Source of the DNA: a bacterium
GTDB lineage: Bacteria > Electryoneota > Electryoneia > Electryoneales > Electryoneaceae
Length of the DNA: 64,000 nucleotides
NCBI GenBank assembly: GCA_963675295.2
Contig: CAXXKJ010000002.1
Span: 3,168,001-3,232,000, forward strand
Direction: 5' to 3'
Below are positions 29,281-38,394 of this stretch, piece by piece. Both the position numbers and the translations under genes were made by a program. Every line of letters starts with the position of its first letter. Within the stretch, counting starts at the first letter, position 1. Under the pieces are notes generated by a model, which was given only the letters and a program-made list of their open reading frames with translations, was not told the origin of the DNA and did no database searches.

Positions 29281-31074
29281 ATGCGCAGGATTTCTCTGTT
29301 TATCCTTGCGGTGTTGATTCTGGCGACGGCTGCTTCCGCCCAGATCGTACTGCAGGGAACGATCACGCAGGACATGACCTTGACCAGCAACAACACCTAC
29401 CTGCTTCGCGGTGGTGTGTTCGTGGGCGATGATGTTAACGAAACCATCCTTGAGATTGAACCGGGTACCGTGATATACGGCGAAGCTGCCACCTATGGTA
29501 TGCTTGTCATTCGTCGTGGTTCGAAGATCATCGCGGACGGTACCGCGAATGCTCCGATCGTCTTCACATCTGACCAGGTGAACCCGAGCCGCAGCGACTG
29601 GGGCGGTCTCATCATCAATGGACGCGCTCACCTTAACGTGCCAGGCGGCGAAGCGTTCGGTGAAGGCTCCACCGGTCTCTACGGTGGTGGTGCGAACCCG
29701 GACGACAGCGACGACAGCGGTATCCTCCGTTACGTGCGCGTGGAATACGCCGGCCGTGAAATCAGCCCGGACAACGAGCTGAACGGTATCGCGTTCCAGG
29801 GCGTCGGTAACGGCACTGTCGTTGAATACTGCCAGGTCCACATGAACAAGGACGACGCGTTCGAGTGGTTCGGCGGTTCGGTCAACGCGAAGTATCTCTA
29901 TGCTACGGGTAACGCGGACGACACGTTTGACTGGACGGAAGGCTGGAACGGTAAGGGCCAGTTCTTCATCTGCCAGCAGTACGAAGACGACTGCGACCAG
30001 GGCATTGAAGCGGACAACAACGCGGAAAACAACGATGCGACCCCGCGTGCGCATCCGACCCTTTACAACCTGACCCTGATCGGTGCGTGGAACCAGGACA
30101 ATGGCGAATCCGACATCGGCATGCTGCTGCGTGAAGGTACTGCCGGCAATATCTACAACGCCATCGTTTACAACTTCGGCGAAGCGGCCCTCGATATCGA
30201 CCACCTCGCGACGTTCGAAAACGCCTGGGACTTCGGCAACAGCGAGCTCAATGGTGAGCTGACCGTTGACTACAGTCTCTTCTACGGCAACCATGCTGAA
30301 ACCACCTTGGACAGTGATGGTGGTCCGTTCAACGAAGAAGATTTCATGCACACGTTGAACGCGAACAACCTGTTCGTCGATCCGCTGCTTGGCAACCCGA
30401 CCACACAGCTGAATCCGAACTACACGCCGCAGGCTGGTTCCCCGGTCATCGGCGCTGGTGTCGCGGCCCCGAACGACGGGTTCTTCAGCCAGGTTGACTA
30501 CATCGGCGCGATGGGTCCGGATGAAAACTGGCTGTTCGGCTGGACCACCCCGGGTACCGGTGGCTTCCCGCCGGATGCGATCACCCAGACGACCGCGCTC
30601 GTCGGCAACCGCTTCGAGCTGGTTTCGTTGTACGTCAGCCCGCTGGATCTCGCCGCGACGTCGATCTTCGACATCGACGGTCTGCAGATCGTGCTCGCCG
30701 ACGACGGCGGCATCTTCTGGCCGGCTTTCAACATCAACACCATCGGTGATGTCAACCCGACCGAAGGTTACAAGGTCTTTGTTGACGCCGACATCGATTG
30801 GGAAAACACCGGCGCGCTGCTGGGCGAAGATGCGACCTACGACCTCGTCGCCGGTCCGTGGAACTTCGTCGGCTTCCCGTTCGCGGGTCCGGTGGATCTC
30901 GAAACCGCGCTTGCTGACATCCTGTCGCACGTGGTCGCGGTCCAGGATGATGATGGTAACCTTTACTGGCCGGGCGTCGGTATCTACGACCTGACCACGC
31001 TGCAGCCGGGCGCTGGCTACCAGATCATCGTTGACCAGAACGTTTCGTTCAACTTCAACGACGGCGTCCAGTGA
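29281..31074 (+). CDS. Secreted beta-helix-like protein with duplicated C-terminal 'xWNxVx/GY' module
   Basis: Signal peptide; IEPGT, GTANAPIVFTS, DWGGL, YVRVEYAG, DDAFEWFGG; two C-terminal repeats DDG..(F/Y)WP...GY; no CTD. Confidence 0.8.
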   Translation: MRRISLFILAVLILATAASAQIVLQGTITQDMTLTSNNTYLLRGGVFVGDDVNETILEIEPGTVIYGEAATYGMLVIRRGSKIIADGTANAPIVFTSDQVNPSRSDWGGLIINGRAHLNVPGGEAFGEGSTGLYGGGANPDDSDDSGILRYVRVEYAGREISPDNELNGIAFQGVGNGTVVEYCQVHMNKDDAFEWFGGSVNAKYLYATGNADDTFDWTEGWNGKGQFFICQQYEDDCDQGIEADNNAENNDATPRAHPTLYNLTLIGAWNQDNGESDIGMLLREGTAGNIYNAIVYNFGEAALDIDHLATFENAWDFGNSELNGELTVDYSLFYGNHAETTLDSDGGPFNEEDFMHTLNANNLFVDPLLGNPTTQLNPNYTPQAGSPVIGAGVAAPNDGFFSQVDYIGAMGPDENWLFGWTTPGTGGFPPDAITQTTALVGNRFELVSLYVSPLDLAATSIFDIDGLQIVLADDGGIFWPAFNINTIGDVNPTEGYKVFVDADIDWENTGALLGEDATYDLVAGPWNFVGFPFAGPVDLETALADILSHVVAVQDDDGNLYWPGVGIYDLTTLQPGAGYQIIVDQNVSFNFNDGVQ

Positions 31075-31242
31075 TTTACGTACGGACGTTGACGTGACGT
31101 GTTATCCGTTCGGCCATGTCCGGTACTCGAAGCAGGAGACCGGGCATGTGCCGGACGTTTTTCCGTTCAACAAGCAGGATTGTGGCGACATCCCAGGGCG
31201 AGGGACGGTTGCCGCGAAGACTTTGAGGGAGAGGAGCCGGGC

Positions 31243-32415
31243 ATGACGTTGCGGGGTTGGTATGGCCTGTTGGTCCTTGGGCTGTTGCTGGCGGTGTTTG
31301 CCGGCTGTGAGGAAGCGACGGATTTGACCACACCGTGGTCGGACGAAGACATCAACGGTGGCGGTGATTCGGAGGTCATTGACGGTTGGCGAATGATCGC
31401 GATATCCGTGGATGGGGTTGCTGAAACCGCCAGCTCGGTGGGCAGCCGCACGATGGTGCTCGACCCCGGCGGCAGCGGCACCTTTTCCGCACACGCGACC
31501 ACCCGCGATCTGACGTGGTCAACCACGAATGGCTACCTCACCCTCGCCGTGCGCGACACCCTGATCGACATCTACGGCGACCTCAAGCCCAGCGGCGTCT
31601 TTTCCTACGGCACCTATCTCATCCGCAATGACTTGCTCACCTATGTCTATTCGTATGGCGGCAAGACGGTCACCGAAACCTGGACCCGTGGCATTGAATA
31701 CGGTCAGGCCAGCCTGCCGGAAACCAGCCACGATTTCGGCCTCGTCCCGATCAACGTGGATTCCACCTGGATGCTGCCGGTCGAGAACATTGGCAGCGGC
31801 CCGTTGACCGTCTTCAGCCTCACCTCGACGGATGACGGCATTTTCCAGGTCCCGGGCAACGTGGATGAGGTGATCGAACCCGGTCAGACCGGCTACTTCC
31901 CGATCACGTTCGCCCCGGAAAATACGACGTTCGAATACGGTCCGGACACGGTCTACGTCAACACCGACGACACCGAGAATCCGGAATTCATGGTGATCGT
32001 GAACGGCATCGGCGATCTGCCAGCGGTCGCGATTCATTTTAATCCGGTCGATCCTACCGGCGATCCATACACGGTCAATGTTGTCAGCGTCACGATTGAT
32101 GGCGACGACCTTCCGCTGAATGGCGAAGTCGGGCTGTTTGACGGGGAGCTGTGTGTTGGCGCCGCAACAGTCAGCGAGGACCAGTGGGACAATTCGCTGG
32201 CGATTACCGCATGGCGTGAAAACCAGGCGTCTGAACAACCCGGTTTTGTCACCGGTCACCAGATTGCCTTCAAGGTCTGGGACGCAAACTCGGACACCGA
32301 ATACACAAGCGATACCGCCACAATCGATGCCGCATTCATCGCCGGTAACGGCACTTTCGGCAGCGGTTTCGCTTCTGTTGTTACGTTGACCCTCACCACC
32401 GCAACCCAGGACTGA
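31243..32415 (+). CDS. Lipoprotein: lipocalin-like + Ig-like (choice-of-anchor D/ASH) + HFxPVxPTG domain
   Basis: Lipobox FAGC; IDGWRM; DFGLVP...ENIGSGPL...ITFAP; C-terminal HFNPVDPTG...FDGELCVG. Confidence 0.75.
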   Translation: MTLRGWYGLLVLGLLLAVFAGCEEATDLTTPWSDEDINGGGDSEVIDGWRMIAISVDGVAETASSVGSRTMVLDPGGSGTFSAHATTRDLTWSTTNGYLTLAVRDTLIDIYGDLKPSGVFSYGTYLIRNDLLTYVYSYGGKTVTETWTRGIEYGQASLPETSHDFGLVPINVDSTWMLPVENIGSGPLTVFSLTSTDDGIFQVPGNVDEVIEPGQTGYFPITFAPENTTFEYGPDTVYVNTDDTENPEFMVIVNGIGDLPAVAIHFNPVDPTGDPYTVNVVSVTIDGDDLPLNGEVGLFDGELCVGAATVSEDQWDNSLAITAWRENQASEQPGFVTGHQIAFKVWDANSDTEYTSDTATIDAAFIAGNGTFGSGFASVVTLTLTTATQD

Positions 32416-32467
32416 GTGGAACCCATCGGCAGCATTTCGCCGGTGGATTTCATTCGTGGAGGACTCC

Positions 32468-35257
32468 ATGAAACGGCTTTTCATTTCCATGATCCTCGTC
32501 CTGGTCGCCGGGCTGGCATTCGGGGCTCCCACCGCGCGGATCATGGGCACGGTTACCGACGCTGAAACGGACGAAACGATCATCGGCGCAAACGTGGTGC
32601 TGGTCGGGATGTCACGCGGTTCCGCAACCGACCTTGATGGCCACTTCCTCATCCTCGCCCTGGAAAAAGGGCTGTACACCGTCCAGGTTTCCGCGATCGG
32701 ATATGAGACATACACCCTCGAAGGCGTGCAGCTGGACGCCGGCCAGCGCCTCACGCTGGACATCGAGCTGACCGGATCCGCGGTCAAGCTGGAAACGGTG
32801 ACTGTCACCGGCCAGTCGGAAACCGGGTCGGAAGAACGTGAACTGGAAGAGCGGCTCGAAGACGTCACCATCACCGACGCCATTTCGGCTGAAACAATCA
32901 GCCGCCTGCCGGACCCGGACGTGGCGAATGTCGTCCGGCGCGCCACGGGAGTCTCAACGTTGGGCGGTGACCCGGTCATTCGCGGATTGGGCGCGCGCTA
33001 TTCCAAGGTCACGCTGAACTCAGCGCAGGTCTCCGGCACCGAACCGAACCGCAGCGCGGTATCGTTGAACCTCTTCCCCGCCAGCGTGATGAGCCAGGTG
33101 AACGTCAGCAAGTCCTACACCCCGGACCAGTGGGGCGAATTTGGCGGCGGTGCGGTCAACATGAATACGTGGGATATACCAGCAGGAAACCTCAGTATCA
33201 GTGCATCCACGTCGACCAGTTATCGTGTTGGAACAACTGGGAAGAAGTTTTACAGCTACGCCGGCGGTGCCTGGGACTGGCTGGCGTGGGATGACGGCGC
33301 GCGCGAGATGCCGTCGGATGTTGCCAGCGGCGGCCAGCTGGCCCTTGGTGGACAATTCAGCGAGCGCGGCTACAGCGAAGACGACATGATCCGTCTCGGC
33401 CGTCTCTTCCCCAACAATTGGGGCACCTATTCCTACAATGCACCGGTAAACCAGGGCTACAACCTTTCGATTTCTGACCGCTTGGAGTTGGCTGGACGTG
33501 ACCTCGACCTGCTCGCCAGTCTGCTGTACGACCGTTCCAGTACCGCGATTGAAAAAGACTTGATCGTACTCAAGGGCGGTGTCGGTGAAGCAGCCGATAC
33601 GATGCACAACTACACGTTCAACGAGTACATGCAGAATGTATCCGCAGGCGGATTGATCAACCTGCGGTACCAGTTCAGCCCACTGCACCGGTTTGCGATC
33701 AACACACTGTACAACCGCGACATGGAAGATGAGACGCGTTTCTATGAAGGCGTCAACCGTGACCGTGGCGCGGATATCCGTGACATCCGCCTCCGCTATG
33801 TTCAGCAGGTGACCTGGACCAGCCAGTTCTCCGGGTCGCACGCCATCCCAAATCTGCTGAGCAGTGTATTGGACTGGCACATGACCTATTCCCGTGGTGA
33901 ACGCTACGAACCCGACACCCGTGAAGTGCAGTTTGAATCCGAACCACTTGGTCTGGAAGATCCGGTTTTCATCTGGGCGGACGAGGAGCAGAGCGGCTCG
34001 CGTTTCTACAACGACCTTTATGACGACACGTACTCCGGCGGCGTGGACTGGGAACTGCATCCCATTGTGGGTGTGACGCGGAATGAAGTCGATCTTCAGA
34101 TCAAGAGCGGAGTTGCGTTTGTCGAACGTAAACGGGAAAGCGATACCCGCTTCTTCGAATACAAGCGTGACGCCGGGTTCAATACGTTGTTCATGCAGCA
34201 GGATCCGATGCTGCTGTTCGCTCCGAATAACGTCAGCCCGGACATCTTCCTGGTCGAAGAAACCACGCGTCCTACCGACAATTACAAAGCCGACATGAGC
34301 ATTCAGGCGGCCTACGTGTTGTTCAAGGGCCGTGTATTGCCGAAGTTGCGCGGCAGTTTCGGTGCCCGTGTCGAACATGCGAAGCAGAACGTCAACACCT
34401 TCGCCCTGTTCAATCCAGACGAAGAACCGGCGGTCGCCGACCTCGAGAACACCGACGTGATGCCGGCGTTGACACTGATCTACGAACCGATGGACCGCAC
34501 GAATTTCCGTCTCGCTGCCAGCCGTACCGTGTCACGCCCGGACTTCCGTGAATTGAGCCCCTTCGAGTTCACTGATATTCTCGGCGGACGCGCGGTGCAG
34601 GGCAATCCCGACCTTCAACGCGCCCTGATCGACAACTATGACCTGCGTTTCGAAAAGGTCTACGGTGTCTCAAACCTGTTCGCCGTCAGCGCCTTCTACA
34701 AGCGGTTCCATCAGCCGATTGAAACGGTCATCCGCATTACCGCACAGATCAGCGAATCCTTTGAGAATGCGGATGGCGCAACCAGTTACGGCCTCGAGAT
34801 GGAGTGGCGGCAGAACCTGGGCATGTTGACGGATCTGCTCGAGCCGTTTTCATTGTCGACCAACCTCTCCCTGCTTCATTCGGAGATAGAGCTGTCCGAC
34901 GAAGCCAAACTGGCGACAACCTCGGATTCCCGTCCACTGGAAGGCCAGTCGCCGTTCCTCTTTAACGTCAACCTGAGCTACATGCACCCGAGCTGGGGCA
35001 CCAATGCTGACCTGTTCCTCAACGGCTTCGGCAAACGCATTGTCGCGGTGGGGTACGAACCGATGGCGGACGAATACGAACTGCCGCACTGGGAGCTGGA
35101 CTTCACCATGCGGCAACCGTTGACCCGTCACCTGTCACTCAAGTTCGCGGCGAAGAACCTGCTCGACCCGGACTATCAGCGTGAACAGGGCGACATCATC
35201 GTCGAACGCTATTCGATGGGCCGCAGCTTCTCAATCGGCGCCAGCTGGATGCAATAA
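32468..35257 (+). CDS. TonB-dependent receptor
   Basis: CarboxypepD_reg-like N-terminus (GTVTDAETDETIIGANV); plug IRGLGARY; SRTVSRPDFRELSPF; GNPDL; C-terminal beta-strand. Confidence 0.93.
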   Translation: MKRLFISMILVLVAGLAFGAPTARIMGTVTDAETDETIIGANVVLVGMSRGSATDLDGHFLILALEKGLYTVQVSAIGYETYTLEGVQLDAGQRLTLDIELTGSAVKLETVTVTGQSETGSEERELEERLEDVTITDAISAETISRLPDPDVANVVRRATGVSTLGGDPVIRGLGARYSKVTLNSAQVSGTEPNRSAVSLNLFPASVMSQVNVSKSYTPDQWGEFGGGAVNMNTWDIPAGNLSISASTSTSYRVGTTGKKFYSYAGGAWDWLAWDDGAREMPSDVASGGQLALGGQFSERGYSEDDMIRLGRLFPNNWGTYSYNAPVNQGYNLSISDRLELAGRDLDLLASLLYDRSSTAIEKDLIVLKGGVGEAADTMHNYTFNEYMQNVSAGGLINLRYQFSPLHRFAINTLYNRDMEDETRFYEGVNRDRGADIRDIRLRYVQQVTWTSQFSGSHAIPNLLSSVLDWHMTYSRGERYEPDTREVQFESEPLGLEDPVFIWADEEQSGSRFYNDLYDDTYSGGVDWELHPIVGVTRNEVDLQIKSGVAFVERKRESDTRFFEYKRDAGFNTLFMQQDPMLLFAPNNVSPDIFLVEETTRPTDNYKADMSIQAAYVLFKGRVLPKLRGSFGARVEHAKQNVNTFALFNPDEEPAVADLENTDVMPALTLIYEPMDRTNFRLAASRTVSRPDFRELSPFEFTDILGGRAVQGNPDLQRALIDNYDLRFEKVYGVSNLFAVSAFYKRFHQPIETVIRITAQISESFENADGATSYGLEMEWRQNLGMLTDLLEPFSLSTNLSLLHSEIELSDEAKLATTSDSRPLEGQSPFLFNVNLSYMHPSWGTNADLFLNGFGKRIVAVGYEPMADEYELPHWELDFTMRQPLTRHLSLKFAAKNLLDPDYQREQGDIIVERYSMGRSFSIGASWMQ

Positions 35258-35358
35258 TCCAGAGCTATATGCCCGTGTCAGAAAACTCGCGGACGCGGAC
35301 CCGAAAACCAAGGATAGAAGAAACTTCAGATACAACGCGGTACGGAGGAGGGAGTACG

Positions 35359-36471
35359 ATGAAGCACAGTATGATTGCTGTTTGCATGCTGCTGATCTCA
35401 GGCGCGGGATTCGCCCAGATGCAGCATTTTAATCCGGTTGACCCGACCGGCCAGGTGTACAACGTGTCGGCGCGCGGCATCTACATCGAAGGTCTCGCGC
35501 TGCAGCTCGGGGACGAGGTCGGCATCTTTGACGGCGACTTGTGTGTTGGCGCAAAAGTGGTCGAAAAGCCGGTCAATGTCAGCGCCGGTCAGTTCCTCAC
35601 CATCCCGGCTCAGGAAGGTGATGAGAACCTGCAGCTTCCGGGGTTCACGCCGGGCCACGATATCAACGTGATTGTGTGGCAGATGCACAGCGACACCGAG
35701 ATTAACATCACCGAAGAGTGGGCGCTGGGCGATGGCACGTTCGGCGCAGGCGTCGCCGCGATCATGCACCCGATCTTTCACGGTGACCAGTCGATCCAGG
35801 GCCCGGAACACTTTGTCCCGGTTGAACCGGCGGACCCGCAGGACATTCAAACTCCGGCGTATGGTGTGGTCGTAGACGCTGCCACGGTTGACAGTGAACC
35901 GCTGGAACCGGGCGACGAAATCGCAATCTATGACGGTGATTTGTGCGTTGGCGCGGCAAAGCTGCCTTATGAGCTGGGCGGCGATTTGTCGCTGATGTTC
36001 ATGACCTGGGGTGAATACAACAGCGCGGACGGGTACACGGTCGGTAACGACTTGCTGGTGCGAGTCTGGGATGCGTCTGCGTCACTGGAGATTGAGGGGA
36101 CACCAGATTTCTACCAGGGATCGACTTTTGAATCCGACCCTTTTGCGATCATCTCGTCGTTGATGTCCTCGGATGTCGATGACAGCCCTGCTGCCATCCT
36201 GCCGGGCAAATACGAGATCGTGAACGCCTACCCGAACCCGTTCAACGCCGCACTGACGATTCAGGTCGCGTTGCCCGCGCCGGGCGAGGTGTCGCTGGCG
36301 GTGTGGGATGTGCTCGGCCGTCAGGTTGCGACTGTTACAGCGGGATCGTTGTCCGCCGGTGAACACGGCATCACGTGGAACGCGACCGGGACACCCTCCG
36401 GCGTCTATTTCGTGCGCGCGTACTTCGGTGGCGAGGTGATGGGCATGCGCAAGGTCACGCTCTTGAAGTAA
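35359..36471 (+). CDS. Secreted protein with two HFxPV domains and T9SS-type CTD
   Basis: Signal peptide; two GDE(V/I)xx(F/Y)DGDLCVG units; AYPNPFN...RKVTLLK. Confidence 0.85.
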   Translation: MKHSMIAVCMLLISGAGFAQMQHFNPVDPTGQVYNVSARGIYIEGLALQLGDEVGIFDGDLCVGAKVVEKPVNVSAGQFLTIPAQEGDENLQLPGFTPGHDINVIVWQMHSDTEINITEEWALGDGTFGAGVAAIMHPIFHGDQSIQGPEHFVPVEPADPQDIQTPAYGVVVDAATVDSEPLEPGDEIAIYDGDLCVGAAKLPYELGGDLSLMFMTWGEYNSADGYTVGNDLLVRVWDASASLEIEGTPDFYQGSTFESDPFAIISSLMSSDVDDSPAAILPGKYEIVNAYPNPFNAALTIQVALPAPGEVSLAVWDVLGRQVATVTAGSLSAGEHGITWNATGTPSGVYFVRAYFGGEVMGMRKVTLLK

Positions 36472-36583
36472 CGGATAGTAAAAGACAGGAACAGATAGGA
36501 ACAGATTGCAAAAGACGTAGAAGATGCGTCTGCCCGGACCGTAAAGAGCTGGTCGGGTCCGAGTATCCAGACAGTATGCAGCG

Positions 36584-36618
36584 GGGACACTTTGGGGACA
36601 AAGTGTCCCAGGTTTTTC
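36584..36618 (+). terminator. Hairpin/terminator resembling the att-arm motif
   Basis: GGGACACTTTG-GGGA-CAAAGTGTCCC followed by aggttttt. Confidence 0.55.
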
Positions 36619-36862
36619 TCCCGCAGCCTGGTATCGTATCTGCGTTCGGATCGGGCACCTGTATTGTCTTCGTACCAGATCGCACTCCTCCCTGAGAGCC
36701 TCTCCAATTCCGGCAAATAAGAAACTCCCGAAAAACCAATACGCGCCAAACACTACGATGCGATCCTCTCGCCGTATTCATGGCGCTGCAGTACACGACA
36801 CGTTCTCCGGGAGGCCGGAAAACGTAACTACAGAGTTTACCTGACTTTCAGGAGGATTTTCC

Positions 36863-37963
36863 ATGTTCCGTAGGACCACTCTGTCCGTTCTGCTGCTCGC
36901 GCTTTTCGCCATCGTTCCGCTGGCGAACGCTCAGCACTTTACCCCTGTCGATCCGACGGGTCTTCCGTACGCGATCGCGATTGAGTACGGCAAGATTGGC
37001 AACACCGCATTGAAGACGGGTGACGAAGTCGCCGCGTTTGATGGTGACCTGTGTGTCGGTTCCGCGATCATTGATGGTCGTGTGACCCCGGAAACCGCTC
37101 TTGGCTTCACCGCTTGGGAAGAAGACACGAATCAGGGCCTGATCGGCTTCACCGATGGCAACTCGATTGAAATCCGCGTCTGGCGTCAGGGTCAGGGCGA
37201 GTTCGTTGCGACCTCGAACTGGGCGACCGGCGGCAATTTCGGCGACGGTTTCGGCTCGGTGGCGTCCAGCGTCGCCGGTGGCACTCCGCGTCCGGTCGTT
37301 GTTGACATTTATCCGAACGGCACCCCGGTGATCCCGTTCGGTGGTGGCTACTTCTACTATCACGTGATGATGCACAACCAGTCGCAGCTCAGCGGCCAGG
37401 TAAATGTCACGATTCAGTATGAACTCCCGACCGGCCAGGCGTTCACCGCGGCGGCGGCGAACATCAACCTCAACGGCGGCCAGACGATCAATGTCGACCG
37501 TGAGCAGTATGTCTCTCAAAACTTCCCGACCGGATACTTCTGGTACGTGATCACTGTGCGCTACGGTCAGCTGACCCTGTGCTCGGATGTCATCGCCGTC
37601 GAGAAGCTCGGTAGTGTCGTGGATGGCGCGATGCCGGAATTCGTCTATGACGAAGCCGTCTCTGAGATCGCTGACATGGGCGCGACCGTGAACCTGCCGG
37701 ATGAGTTCGGCCTTGGCAATGCCTACCCGAACCCGTTCAACCCGACCACCACGCTGAACCTCGCCCTGCCGATGGCTGGCCAGGTCAAAGTGGCTGTGTT
37801 CAACACGCTCGGCCGCCAGGTTGCCATCCTGAATAACGGCGTCCTCGACGCCGGCAACCACACCCTGAGCTTTGATGGGTCCCATCTGGCCAGTGGCGTG
37901 TACTTCATCCAGGCGACCGCCGGTGCGGAAACCGCGATCCAGAAGGTCACCCTGATGAAGTAA
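36863..37963 (+). CDS. Secreted protein with HFxPV domain, pre-CTD Ig-like domain and CTD
   Basis: QHFTPVDPTG...FDGDLCVG; IPFGGGYFYY; AYPNPFN...QKVTLMK. Confidence 0.85.
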   Translation: MFRRTTLSVLLLALFAIVPLANAQHFTPVDPTGLPYAIAIEYGKIGNTALKTGDEVAAFDGDLCVGSAIIDGRVTPETALGFTAWEEDTNQGLIGFTDGNSIEIRVWRQGQGEFVATSNWATGGNFGDGFGSVASSVAGGTPRPVVVDIYPNGTPVIPFGGGYFYYHVMMHNQSQLSGQVNVTIQYELPTGQAFTAAAANINLNGGQTINVDREQYVSQNFPTGYFWYVITVRYGQLTLCSDVIAVEKLGSVVDGAMPEFVYDEAVSEIADMGATVNLPDEFGLGNAYPNPFNPTTTLNLALPMAGQVKVAVFNTLGRQVAILNNGVLDAGNHTLSFDGSHLASGVYFIQATAGAETAIQKVTLMK

Positions 37964-38008
37964 GCGGTACCCGACATTCAGCCTGATTTGTACAGGCTAT
38001 GACGTACC

Positions 38009-38041
38009 GGAAAGGCCCCAGTTCTCCCTGGGGTTTTTCCT
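38009..38041 (+). terminator. Probable terminator
   Basis: GGAAAGGCCCCAG-ttctcc-CTGGGGTTTTTCC. Confidence 0.55.
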
Positions 38042-38394
38042 CTCTCAGGCAGTGGGCTATAGGCTGAGGGCGATGGGCTGTGGGCCAGGAGCGGCTGGTA
38101 TTCGTGGCCCGGCTTGGTGTTGGTTTTTCAAGTCGCATGTCAAGGCGTGGTATCGAACCAGCAACCAGTTCCATGTTACACAAATGCGTGGGTACCATTC
38201 AGATTTGATGTGCCTGTTAACTCCATTATAAACAGTGTTATAGATTATGAATTTGCGCCTCTTGCGGGTGATGTTCAGCTCCCCAAACACTGCCTGAACC
38301 ATCCCCCGACACCTCCCTCATACGGCAGGTCAACTTTCCCGCACACGTCCAATTGACGATTTCCCGAAACACCTTGACTTCATGGAGGAGTACA

